Source: Isurus oxyrinchus (lineage: Eukaryota). From it: a DNA stretch of 64,000 bases. The position numbers and the translations under genes are program-made. Position 1 is the first letter of the stretch. The number at the start of each line of letters is the position of its first letter. A model generated the notes under the pieces. That model was not told where the DNA came from. It searched no databases and saw only the letters and a program-made list of their open reading frames with translations. The stretch lies in the NCBI GenBank assembly GCA_026770705.1, contig JANJGN010000065.1, positions 806,001-870,000 on the forward strand. Reading direction: 5' to 3'. Of this stretch, positions 13,801 through 26,120 are shown piece after piece.

Positions 13801-13984
13801 TTTTGAACTGCTTGCCCTTCGTGTGCGACTCGCTCTTCCCAGTAAGATTTTGACCTCGTTACAACACAATCAGGAAAGAATCCAGGATGTTCCTACTGTA
13901 ACAGCTCTGTTGGAAATAATTATACAGGTTGCTCAAATTCTATAGGCATCAACCACATTTGCGATCCAGCTCTATAGTTGCACA
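10820..13984 (-). mobile_element. Gmr1-like Ty3/Gypsy pol remnant with domain order IN-RT-RNase H
   Basis: Minus-strand order is integrase (~13500-12500: IDFVGPF..KSGNQYFLTTINVSTRFPE; RFTGPYRI), then RT (~12250-11450: VFIDDL at ~11750-11765), then RNase H (~11400-10900: QHFEIYV...TIIYLDHNP). Heavily frameshifted. Confidence 0.8.
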
Positions 13985-14695
13985 TGTTGGCCACTGGCTG
14001 CAGCTCAACTGCCAGACACAGGCAAAAGCAAATTTTGAACTGAAGTATCTTGAGTCCAGTTGCTGGCCTGAGTAACTTTTCAAATCTGACTCCAATCACT
14101 GGGTCCGAACTGGTTAGAACCACTTTCAAAGAAGCTGAGTTTCTTCAAGACAATGGAAATGTGATGCGTCCATATTTAGAAACAGAGAAACGAGATAATC
14201 CTTCAAGTCTTGGAACAGCCAATAGAGAAGATGCCAAAGATCAGAAAAGCAGACCAAAACCAACGGGAAGAGAGACAGAACAGCTTGAAGATATACAATT
14301 CAGTGTAACACTGAGAGGACTTCGGGCATCGGGCAGCGAGTCTCTGGAGACCAACCATGGCAGAAGTGAGGGAAACTACATCCGCAACGTTGAGATGCAC
14401 GGGAGAGAGAAGGGAATGCCTGGCCAGCATCAGCTCTCCTTTTCGGATACTAGCTTTTATATTCTGTGACCACTCAGGGAGTGTCAGAGAAACCTAGTGT
14501 ATGAGTGTTTAGATCCTAGTTCTGAGTATAAAACTGTATAACCTGCTGTAAACTGTATGTCTATATTTAAACAGATGTATGAATTGTGTGTAGATGATCT
14601 AAAGACGTGAATAAGCACGTTCAAAGTTAAGAGAGAATTCGCTCTACTCCGCTGTGTACTAAGCCATTAACCATTACCGGTGACCTCCTGCAACA
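13985..14695 (+). repeat. 5' LTR of the nested retrovirus-like element
   Basis: Has TGTTG...CAACA inverted termini, starts where Gmr1 pol homology stops, has TATAAAA near 14527, and is followed after 4 nt by the PBS. Confidence 0.7.
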
Positions 14696-14699
14696 TGTT

Positions 14700-14717
14700 T
14701 GGTGTCCCTGTGTGAGC
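14700..14717 (+). promoter_or_regulatory. Primer-binding site, tRNA-Asn-like
   Basis: TGGTGTCCCTGTGTGAGC versus the complement of the vertebrate tRNA-Asn(GTT) 3' end, TGGCGTCCCTGGGTGGGC (15/18; tRNA sequence from memory). Confidence 0.65.
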
Positions 14718-17700
14718 TCAAGGATAAGTCTCTGAGTTCAGTTACCGGGAGACTCAGGCGAACCAATTTGGCGAAGTATAGGCATAACAGGAGTTTGGGT
14801 TAATTCATAGCTGTTAACATAAGATGACGAATCAAAGGGAATATCTGTTTTGACTGGAAGGGAATTCTTCATAAATACGTAATAGGGGAGTGGCCGCATT
14901 ACACGGAAAATGTAGGTCACATTGGTCACAAGGGAAATCCGGCTATAGAGGCCCTTTGGAGAATTGCGCAAACAAAGATGTCAGATAAGAAATTTAAAAC
15001 AGGTACCGAAGTCCATAGCGATCGGATGTTTATTTCAGGAATGGATAGAATGCTAAAAGCAAGCTAGGAGAGAGCGAGACAAACTAGAGGAAGAAAATAA
15101 GAAATTCCATGAGGAGTTTAGTGAGAATTGCCTTAGTGAGAAGGTTACTGATTTAAAACAGCAGAGAAGTGTGGATTTGTTGCACATGAACCGATATCAG
15201 TTACAGTTCGAAAAATTGGCTGATAAAAAAGAGTAAGAGAGAGGGAGAAGCCCAAACAGCTAAAGCTGAGGAGGAGGGTTGGAAACAACAACGTAGTGAT
15301 TTTAAAAGTGTTATGAATGTGATTCACAGAGCAGCTCAGGAAAAGAGGAGCACTACCGGTGATCACACAAAGTGTCAGAAACTAATAGTGAGGCTGCAAG
15401 ATCAGCCACCTACACAGGGGGGCATACAGTGTGCTTTTACACCCGGAACAAGTGAAGAAAAATGTCAAGGGGATATAGATTGGGATGATTTAGCAGGCGG
15501 GGTGAATAGATACAACGGAGGTGACGGGAAAACTCCACCAGAGAATCCACCACTGGCATCTAAACCAGATCCGGAAAAACTGTCTGCCCAAATGGCCCCC
15601 CTTGTAACCACTAGAGCAAATGTAGGGCTGATGGCCAGGGTCAAGCCGGCCCTAATATGACATATTCCAGCCCACTTGGGATACAAGCACTGAGGGATAT
15701 TGCAAAATATATAGGGACGTGTGCACCCAGGGATGATCCGAGCGAGTGGTTCCTCGCAGTCAGGCAACAGGGAGGGGCACACGGCTTAGACGATGATGAG
15801 GAAAAATTAATTCTAATGTGCCTACACCCACATATATACTCTGCCCTACCGGAGGAGCAAAAACTTGGTAGAGGCACAAATGAGGCCTCAAAGAACCAGG
15901 TTTTACCTGTCATGGACGATAACAGAGGGGTCCCACTGTAGGCGCTGATGAAATGCTATCAAAGAAAAGGTCAATACACCACCACAGTTTGGCTCGCATT
16001 TGGGTGGTATTTTAATTGGTCAATGCCACTGGCCTAGATAAGGATAATTTACAGCTGGAGGTTAGGAACTGATGGCAGAGTATGCTCGTGTTGCAAGGCA
16101 CTGAGGAGTCGAGGAAAGCATTGGATCAGTTTGATTCCACATATGACGCACATAGAGAGCACTGGATAATTAAAAAGATAGTTGGAGTATGGGAAAGGGA
16201 AACACCAAAACTACCCAAGGCATCTTGGGACACAGCAATGCTTGTTAAGAATCAGCTGACAACCTGGAGAAATGAAGGGAGGGGACCTCCTCAGAGGGAC
16301 CATGCTCCAGCCTATCAGACATTGGGTAGAGACAGAGGAAAAGGAAACTTCTCGGGGACGGGGTGAAATCAGGGCTAGGTGTCCAGATGGTATAACTGTG
16401 GCCGAGAGGGAAACTTCTCAAGCGACTGCCCAAACTGGAGACGAGAAAATTCAGGTCAGGGAGGAAACCGGAGCCTACCCGTGGAAGGACCGAATAGAGC
16501 AAGTCCGCAGTGTGATATGATAGAAATACCAGCGAGTTCTTAGTTGTACCCTGAACTGCAATGACGGTCTCAGGCCTCTCCATAATGGGTGTGTGATATG
16601 CAGTGGGATGACACGGGAAGACTCTTAGTGAATGGTAGGGTTGGACGCCGGCCTATTAAATTACTTTGGGACACAGGGGGATCCCACACCGCCTTCAGCA
16701 CCAGTCAGATCAATGACATAGATTGGAAAATTAAAAACAACATTTTTCTAAGCCGATTCACAGGACATTCACAAGTAGGATATGTGAGTGTACCGTTGGA
16801 AGTCGGTGTGGGAGACATATTGATAGAACATTCAGTGGCTCTTATCAAATTACTCAGAGAACTAGAACATCTTTCAGGGAGCGACTGTATGGTCAGAGCA
16901 GGATTCTGCTTTGACCTAGTTAATTGTATGATTTGACAAATGCCTTTGGACAAAGGCAGTATAAATCACACACTCGCTGGGTAGGAAAATATCAGGATAG
17001 GATATGCATGATCGGGGAAACGTGGATAGAACCAGGAGAAATGAGTGACGATCTTCATGTAAAACAAATTATTGCACAAAACTCAATATTAATCGTCCGA
17101 CTAAAGCATGATTGTGGGAAAATGACCAGACGTGTGTGCATACAAGGTCCAGACTCCAAACCACAAAAGCAGTACGGTTTACCAAAAGAAGCAGAATAAG
17201 GGATAGGAAAGGTGATACAGAGTCTGCTGCAACAAGGGATATTAAGACCAATAGCTTCTACTAACAATGCACATATATGGCCGTTGAGAAAAACCAACAG
17301 CAGCTGACAACTACAGATAGACTACAGAGAATTAAGGGAAGTGACCCCTTTAACACCCCTACTGTAGCAACTAGCCCAGAGACAGTAGTTCGACAAAATA
17401 AGAATGGCAATGGTTCACAGTTTTGGACATAAGTAACGGTTTTTGGTCTAGTGCACAGGAGAAAGTATGTCAATATAAATTCGTTTTTACTTTCCATGGA
17501 AAGCAATATAGATGGACCACCCTGCCATAGGGATTTCAGAATTCCCTGTCCATATTTCACCAACGTGTAAGGGAAGGGTTAAAAGGATTCTCGAGGCCTG
17601 AATTTCTAGTGCAGTATGTAGACGACGTACCCCTACAAATTGAAACCAAAAAGCAACATAATCAACGACTAAGTGAATTACTGCAGTTAAGTGACTTGGG

Positions 17701-19930
17701 ATTAAAGATCAACCCTAAACAAGCGCAGATCATGAAACAATAAGTTACTTACTTGGCAATGATTGTGACACCGGGGAAGAGGGACATTGACAAGCGTAGG
17801 ATGAACACAGTTGGCAGACTCAATGTTACAAGACGTAAAAGGGTTAACGTCCTTCTTAGATTTGGTCTGATATTGTAGGGACCACATAGATGGATTCACC
17901 AAAAAAGCAGCACCGCTAATGGAATTATTTAAAAAGAATTTGACCTGTGAGTGGAAAACATTACAAACCCAGGCCATGAACGCTCTAAAGCAAGCATTAG
18001 CTGCTGTGTCAGCTCTGAAAACCCCAAATCCAACTGAGCCATTTTCATTTGGGGTGGCTATCACAGACACCACCCTTTCAGCAGTTCTATTACAGGAGAC
18101 ACATGGGAACTTACGACCCGTAGCGTATGCCTCACATATGCTCTCACCAATACAGTAGGGGTATACGATATGCACAAAACACTTGCTAACTGTCTTTTGG
18201 GCAGTGCAGCATTTTACCTTTATAGTGGGAATAAACACAATTACAACATTAACAGAACACATCCCTGTACAGCTACTGAATTACGGAACGATTAAGGATG
18301 GTACAGTTAGACAAATAGAATCCCTAGATGGATAATGTTGCACGGGAGAAATATAACCATAAAGGGGGATAAAACACTATCATGTTAAGAGATAACTTAC
18401 TTTATCAGGGAGAAAAACAAGAATGTCAAATTATGAATGCAAATGACTCCAAGGGCCCATTTGTATCAGAAGAAAAGGGAGGGCGTAGGACTGGGCCTGA
18501 AAGTAGAAAAACAAAGCAATCAGGAAAGGAAAACCCTATTTTAAATCCTGGTGAATGGCTCTTCATCAGTACAGCATGGGGAAAGGAGAACTGTCTGTGG
18601 GATATCCATGGAGTATGAAAACGGACAGGAAAGATTTAGAGCGGCTTTGAAATATCCATAAAACCATGAGTGTGCAGGGAGCAGAACTAGCAGCCATTGC
18701 ATATGTGGTTTGACACCCGGAATATTTCCGCCTAGATCAGTCATATATTTTGATGGCATGTCTGTCTGTAATAGCCTCACAGAACATTTGCCCCTATTGG
18801 ATGCAAAAGATTTTGTCTCTGCAGATGGAAGGCCTCTTCCTTCCTCCCCGCTATTGCAATACATCTTTCAAGAAGCACAAGGGAAAGAATTTGTGGTCAA
18901 AAAAGTGAAAGCTCATTCAAAATTATCTCCCGATGGGAACAGGAATTCTGATGAACTAGCCAAACGAGGTGCTGTAAGTGGACAGGAATGGTAGCCACTG
19001 ATTTTGGAAATTGGGGGCCAGAAAGAGAAGCAGGTTAAAGTAATGGATTTAATGGATGAGCAAAAGAAAGATGGAGAATTGAAAAAAAATAATAGAAGGA
19101 GCACAGTCAGACATACTTTAAAAGCACGAGGGCGTCTATATTCAAAATTGAGTGGTTTTACGTGAGCGGAAATTTGGGCCACCAGAGGAGGGGCGAAAGC
19201 AAATTATCCACCAGTACCATGAAATATGGGGACATAAAGGAATGGAGAGTACCCTGTATTCGATAAAGGAGGTATGCTGGTGGCCAGGAATGAAAGGTGG
19301 TGTGCACCACTATGTCAAGATTTGTTGATCTGTGCACAACACAACCCCGATAGAAATTTTAGGAAAGGGGCCTCCAACATAATAGACCAGTAGAAGGGCC
19401 TTGGACTAAGTTACAGATAGACTATGTAGGATCCCTTCCCCCACAACAGAGGACTACAAGGATATTCTAGTATTATTGGATACCTTCACTAAACAGGTGG
19501 AAGCTTTTCCGAACAGAACAAACACAGCCAAAATTAGTGCAATTTTTTTTTTAGGGAAGGTGTTTACATGCTGGGGTTTACCTGGAGGCAGAGAATTGCA
19601 TCAGGGAACATGTTTTACAGCCCAAGTAATGCACGATGTTATGAATCTTTTTGGGATCAGGCAGAGATTCCACATACCCTATAGACCACAGTCTAGTGGA
19701 ATTGTGGAAATTCTGAATCGGACATTGAAAAACATGATAGCCAAAATGGTGCAGCAGCACAAGACAAACCGGCAGATTGTTCTGCCCTATGTGCTGATAA
19801 TAATCAAGAATACCATGGCTTCAACAGGATACACTCCTTATAGGCTTATGACAGGTAGGGACATGAGGGGATTGGAGGGGTTGGTAGATCTGGATTTGGA
19901 CTCAAGAATGAGGTTTGTTGATGCATACTA
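14718..19930 (+). mobile_element. Decayed endogenous retrovirus-like element: gag-PR-RT-tether-RNase H-IN, 3' truncated (no env or 3' LTR seen)
   Basis: Gag-like fragments at ~15300-16500. Protease LLWDTGG (~16661-16681). RT QYVDD (YVDD 17615-17626). Degenerate RNase-H-like tether (LSAVLLQETHGNLRPVAYAS, ~18000-18300). A second RNase H (YFDGMSV...VKKVKAH...GNRNSDELAK, ~18560-18970). Integrase (CWWPGMK..., QIDYVG, DTFTK.VEAFP, YRPQSSGIVEILNRTLK). Confidence 0.85.
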
Positions 19931-19934
19931 ATCA

Positions 19935-20283
19935 TTACTCGTTGTCCGGGGCTCAACTCTATCAGGCTAGCTTTTGCATCGAAATAAGCCTTGCTTTGCT
20001 GTTTCTTCTTTCCCTGTCGGTGAGCAGTTACATAATTTGCTTCTTGTACAGTTTCTACTAGTTGTTGTACCCATTTTACTAAAATAATGTGTAAACACTT
20101 TCTCTAAAATAAATTTCGAAATAATTTTGGATGTGTTTGATCTGGTCGGAAAAGTTTCCACCCACTAGGTTGACCACATTATATCAGACAAAATTGCTGT
20201 ATACCCCAACAGTTCAAAATTGTTATGCCATAGCAGTTTTAAAAGACTGTTATTTAAAATCCGAGGGGACAACTTCCAACAAT
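19935..20283 (-). mobile_element. 5' leader/gag start remnant of the Gmr1-like element
   Basis: Lies directly inside the right LTR on minus, with a decayed PBS-like TTGGAAGTTGTCCCCTCGGAT at ~20259-20279. Most of gag appears deleted. Confidence 0.45.
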
Positions 20284-20948
20284 CGTCATAACCGATGTTT
20301 TCAACTGGAGTATTTGATATGGAACTCTGAATTCATAAATGAACCCGCCAAACCCCCAGACGTCTCTATATCAAACTAAATTAAACTTGTATTGTTTTGC
20401 AAAAAAGGTATTAAACACATACACATGTCTACACATTTCTATTTTAAATTTTAAACAAAGTCCCAAGGAAACAATAACCAATAGACTTAAGCAGACACTA
20501 GGCGGAGCATTTTCACCAGACGAATTCGAAATGTAGTTCCTTACTGTTTGGTTCCAATACTAACAGTTTTAATCTTACAAATTTTCAACTTACACGTCTC
20601 TGTGATGCACATGGGTTCACCCTTTGCTAAACCTAGCCTTTCTTTCTGAATGCAAATTTTCATTGTATGACCAGGCCCTTTGAAATCCGTTCATAGTTCC
20701 ATTGTCATCAGTAATAAAAGGATTGCTTGGTGTCTTCCTAACTAGATGCAAGATTTCATCCGCACTCTTGAATGTTCTATTTAGCAAAATGCAAATGTAT
20801 CCGCCAGCCCTGTTTACATCTGAAAACTACGGTACACCAAAGCACCCAGCCTCGCTGGCTTTCATCCAATTAGCACACACAGACTAATACTCGATTAAAA
20901 ATGTTAGAAATACTCCAATGATATTATCATTACTTCCTCTTCCTGACA
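20284..20948 (-). repeat. 5' LTR of the Gmr1-like element (strongly diverged from 10070-10819)
   Basis: Shared blocks aaatgaaccc, atatcaaactaaatta, aatagacttaa.cagacac.agg, tgaatg.aaattt.cattg, and the terminal cttcctgaca. Confidence 0.65.
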
Positions 20949-21799
20949 TCAAATCTCTGACAGCGAGAGACATTTTATTGGCCAGCCGAGTTCACCAGAG
21001 ACTGAGGGGGCAGACTGTGGGAGAGAATCACAGTTTCGATCTTTGGTGTATATTTTAGATATCTTGATGTCCTAAATGCTTGAGATGATGAATTTTCTTG
21101 CACCTATGATAATGTTGCGTAAATGCTGTGGAACTTAAGTTTGCTGCACAAAAAAATATTTATATGTTGACTCAGGCTTAGTTCAGGGTGCAGTTACAGA
21201 ATGCGCTGAATCATCCACTATATCGATTAAGAAATTAATTGCGGAACAAAAGAACTGAGAGCAGCTGAAATATCTAGAATCATGGGGCATGAGGTAACCG
21301 CAGCAGTATCGGAAGTAATGCATCCAGAGGAGAGCTGTTAACGAAAATTAAGATGGGTCAGTGAGCGGGAAAAACTGAAAAAAATTGTGCCACAGTTATC
21401 TGATACAGCGAAAAGCAGTGGGTCAAGATCATCGGGATACTTCCGGGGATTGCATTCAATGAGCACATTTAAGCAGACATTGAAAATACATTTATTAACT
21501 ATGCAGGCGGAGACTCCAACGCCAAAGGCTGCGTTTCAATGTCGAGATATAACATGCAGAGTCCGGGGAATAAATTAACAGATGGAGGCGGGCAGTCAAG
21601 AGAGCAGAGGACAAAGGACAAACTTGGTCTTTGGTGAACCGGAAATGAAGTTGACAGGAAGGCAGTAAAAACGTTCCCTGATGAACATAAAATAGCACAG
21701 CAGATACATTCTTTCCTCAAAGTAGACTTGCTCGATTTTGAACTCCTTGCTTCTTCTCAGAAAGAACGGAAAACAAGTTTGTATAACAGCGAGAGGCTG

Positions 21800-23600
21800 C
21801 ATATAGATGAAATCTCCTTTGGTCAATATGCTTTTATTCATTTGTTTATCCCCCATCCATCCCTCTTTCTGTCTGTCCGACCGTCTGATCGTCCATTCTT
21901 CCATGGATTTTGTATGTCCCTCATCCCGTTATTCTATCCTTTCGGCCATCTATCACCCTTCCCGCACCCATTTAGTTTGCATCCATACATCTATCGATCA
22001 ATCTATTGATTTTGTTATTCATTTATTGAAACGAATTATTGTATTGCCCTAGCCACCTTCCAGCCTTATCGCTGTCCTCTATTTATATGTCTCCCCCCAA
22101 GCTTTAAAAGACGCTGTTCATGGCTGAGCAACTGTGTGATCACACATAGAGCCAGGGTCGCCTTGCTCCCAAAACTTTTCATCTACTAACTCTTCCATAT
22201 CTCTGTAAACCTACTAAGCACTACAACAGAGTTTATTACTGTGAAGCCTACCAGCCAATAGTGCACCTCTTCCCGCCCCCGATCTCTATAAGTTCCTCTA
22301 GCGGCTCCGACAGTCTCCATCTTTCACCCCCTCAAGCACCTACACGCTAACTCGATTTGTGTTCCCTTGCAGTCTCTTTAACCTTTAAGAATATCTGGAA
22401 ACCTCCATTACTGGAACTTGTCCTTTTCCATTTTCATTTTTCCACCATTGGAGGCCGTGCCTTCAGCTGCACGTTTGTAAGGAATGTAAAATTGCATTCC
22501 TCAATCTCTCAGCCCCTTGTTTTGTGGAATTCAGGGCGCCCCTCAAAATCTTTCTCTAAATCCTAATTTCTCTTTGACTGGATGTAAAGCCTTTGCTTTC
22601 TAACACACCTTTGAAGATGCTTGTAAGCTTGGACTATAAGAATGGAATAAGGAGTATATCATCTATGTTTAACGTATCCCATCTTTGACACTCTGTCGAG
22701 CTCTTTCTCTCTCTCTCTCCCTCTTTCTGTGCCGCGTTCTGTACCGTCTAGCCTCTCCCTACTTTTCATTCTCGAAATTTCTAATTCTTCCCCTCTTTCT
22801 CCCATTCCAATCGCACCCTTTGTCTCTTAATGTCTGTCATATTATTATTTTTTTTCCTTTCTGTGATTCTCCCACTTTTGCCGCGCTTTAGTTTTACTTT
22901 TCACAGTCTCTTAATTGAATTTTCCTTATTTCTCTTGCTTAATATGTATCTATATTTCTGGGTGTTCATCTCTCTCCGTCAGGTTCTCTCTCCCTCCCTT
23001 ACTTTTCTCTCCCCTCCCTGCCTCCATCCCTCCCCATGAACCCCCCTCCCCCCGCACACGCACACATACACATTTTCTTCGCCTCTCTATTTCTCACTTT
23101 CTCGTTCTATTTCTACTTATCTTCGCCAATCTCTATCCCGATAACCCATTATTTTCCCACTTCTCTCAGTCGCTCTTCCTCGTTCTTCAAAACGTCGAGC
23201 ACCTACCCATCTCTGATTCTCACCGCTGTTCCACCTCTGCCACCTTCCCCTTCCTTCGATTTTCCTCAGCCCTCTCCCTCTGTCCCTGGAGGGCTCTTTT
23301 CACCAACTGCAGCACACCTCCCAACTGTCTTAAACTTTATCCATTTCCATCTCCGAATCTTTCTTCTTCCCTAATTTCTCTGTTCCTGAATCCATTTGCC
23401 ACCAGTCGAAATCGCTCGCCACTACCTTTCTCTCCTTCATTTGTCAACCTCCCTTTGTGATTATCCCCCTCAATCCCGTCCTCTGTCGTTTTCTTTCCCC
23501 AATACCTACCCTTCTTCTTGCTTACACACTTTTCATTTTCCCTCTCTGCCTCTCTCTGCCCTTTTATCCAAAAAATACCCTTCACTTGTTTTAACAAGAT
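21800..23600 (+). repeat. Pyrimidine-rich low-complexity tract (decayed TCCA/CT repeats)
   Basis: Strong C/T strand skew and (CT)n at ~22705-22720. The ORFs here are low-complexity F/L/S/P artefacts. Confidence 0.7.
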
Positions 23601-23747
23601 CAGCTTTACACTATTATCAATGGTTTTTGGAACCCCCGATCAGAACATAAATACCTCATGGTCTCTCCCACCTCTCCAAATCGAACACATCAAAAGGGAA
23701 GCAACATTTATGGCCATCCATCACTTGCCAAACCATTTCAATATCTG

Positions 23748-24840
23748 AAACAAAAGCAGAATTACCTGGAAAAACTCAGCAGGTCTGGCAGCATCGGCGG
23801 AGAAGAAAAGAGTTGACGTTTCGAGTCCTCATGACCCTTCGACAGAACTTGATTTCGATCCAAGAAAGAGTTGAAATATAAGCTGGTTTAAGGTGTGTGT
23901 GTGGGGGGCGGAGAGATAGAGAGAGAGAGGTGGTTGTGTGGACAAACAAGCAGTGATAGAAGCAGATCATCAAAAGATGTCAGCGACAATGGTACAATAG
24001 AACACATAGGTGTTAAAGTTAAAGTTGGTGATATTATCTAAACGAATGTGCTAATTAAGAATGGATGGTAGGGCACTCAAGGTACAGCTCTAGTGGGGGT
24101 GGAGGGAGCATAAAAGATTTTAAAATATTTAAAAATAATGGAAATAGGTGGGAAAATAAAAATCTATATAATTTATTGGGGGGGGGGAAAGGGGGAAACA
24201 GAATGGGGGTGGGGATGGGGGAGGGAGCTCACGACCTAAAGTTGTTGAATTCAATATTCAGACCGGAAGGCTGTAAGGTGCCTAGTCCCGTCTGAATATT
24301 GAATTCAACAACTTTAGGTCGTGAGCTCCCTCCCCCATCCCCACCCCCTTTCTGTTTCCCCCCTTTTTTTCCCAATAAATTATATAGATTTTTCTTTTCC
24401 CACCTATTTCCATTATTTTTAAATATTTTAAACTCTTTTATGCTCCCTCCACCCCCACTAGAGCTGTACCTTGAGTGCCCTACCATCCATTCTTAATTAG
24501 CACATTCGTTTAGATAATATCACCAACTTTAACTTTAACACCTATATGTTCTATTGTACCATTGTCGCTGACACCTTTTGATGATCTGCTTCAATCACTG
24601 CTTGTTTGTCCACACAACCACCTCTCTCTCTCTCTATCTCTCCGCCCCCCACACACACACCTTAAACCAGCTTATATTTCAACTCTTTCTTGGACTCGAA
24701 ATCAAGTTCTGTCGAAGGGTCATGAGGACTCGAAACTTCAACTCTTTTCTTCTCCGCCGATGCTGCCAGACCTGCTGAGTTTTTCCAGGTAATTCTGTTT
24801 TTGTTTTGGATTTCCAGCATCCGCAGTTTTTTTTTGTTTT
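23748..24840. mobile_element. ~1.1-kb near-perfect fold-back (head-to-head) Penelope-like 3'-end insertion
   Basis: Left arm ~23748-24266 is the reverse complement of the right arm ~24288-24805, with a ~21-nt spacer. Arms encode the Penelope ORF end (LGTLQPSGLNIEFNNFRS*). Perfect 14-bp TSD catttcaatatctg at 23734-23747 and 24841-24854. Confidence 0.9.
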
Positions 24841-25279
24841 CATTTCAATATCTGTCTTGTTTTGGGCATTGATGCTCTATCACATAACAATGGGGTAGAT
24901 ATGAATTTACCAGGAAGTCAGGGCAACATCGTAGGCCTCAATTATATTTTTTCCTCCCATTTGCACCCGCATATATTTCGTGTCAAGATCTAATTAATTA
25001 CAATCGAGGGCCTGTATCGGATCCAATGATATTTTTGCCTATTAATGTATGATGCAATGCTTGGTTTTTTCCCTGGTGATGAGATCATCCCACAAATCTT
25101 TGGTAAATAAGGGTGGAAACTCTGAATGCCGTTGCCTAAATCTTCCAATGTTTCTACAGGCTGGGCTAGAGGACAGGAGAAATGCAACACCTGTTTGTTT
25201 ACTCAAAATAATAAAAAAAGTTGTTGCATGTAATGATAGTCCCAGGATGTTTGGCCAATCAGCTCAACCTCAATAGGGG

Positions 25280-26120
25280 GAACACTTTAGGAAGAATAAT
25301 TCTGTCCAAATGCAATATTTCTGTCCAAATGCAGATGCAATATCACATGGATAATTGTGAATTTATCCACTTCGGTTGAAAAAATGAAACAGAATGGTAG
25401 AATATTATTCAAATTATGATAGAATGGGAAAATTTTGATGTCAAAAAGGGTTTGGGTGTCCTTATACACGAATTGCTGAATGTGAGGTTGCAGGTTCAGC
25501 AAAGTTTAAGAAGGCAAATGGTATATTGGCCTTGATTACTGAGAGAACATAAGTACAGGAACAAAGGTGTCTTACTGCAGCTGAAGAGGGCCTTGATGAG
25601 ACCACACCTGGAGCATTGCGTGCAGTGTTGTCTCCTTACATAAGAAATTATATACTTGGCACACAGGGATTGCAGCAAAGGTATTACAGACTGATTTTTG
25701 GCGTTACACGTTTGTCGTATGAAGGGAGTTTGGGCTGATTGGGTCCGTATTTTCTGGATTTTGGAAGAATCAGAGGAGATGTCATTGAACCGTGTCGCAC
25801 TTTGACAGGGCTGAACCGGCTTTGACTGGGAGATCACAGTTTCATGATACGGGGTAAACCACTTGGGATGGAGATGAGGAGACAGTATTTCAGTTAGGGG
25901 GTCGTAAACCTATGGAATTCCCGACTGTAGATGCTTGTGGAGGCCACGTCACTGAATATACGTAAGCAGTAATTAGAAAAAATTCTAGGCTCTAAAGGCA
26001 CCATGGGATTTGGGGAGTGTGCTGGAGTATTGCGTTGACAACGAGTATCAGCCATGATCTGATTGAACATTTGAGCAGTTGGGAGGCCGCATGACTGCTC
26101 CTGCTCCTGTTTTCTATAAT
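25280..26120 (+). mobile_element. CR1 LINE 3' fragment
   Basis: gccttgatgagaccacacctggagcattg.gtgcagtgttg (cf. LVRPHLEYC.QFW) and a 3' UTR ending in ...ctcctgctcctgtttctat. Confidence 0.75.

Noticed and set aside
17702-18262. 186-aa antisense ORF in the retroviral pol
   Set aside because: It is the antisense shadow of decayed coding sequence, with no recognisable motif.
22685-23748. Cluster of overlapping 70-180 aa ORFs
   Set aside because: These result from a pyrimidine-rich low-complexity tract lacking stop codons.
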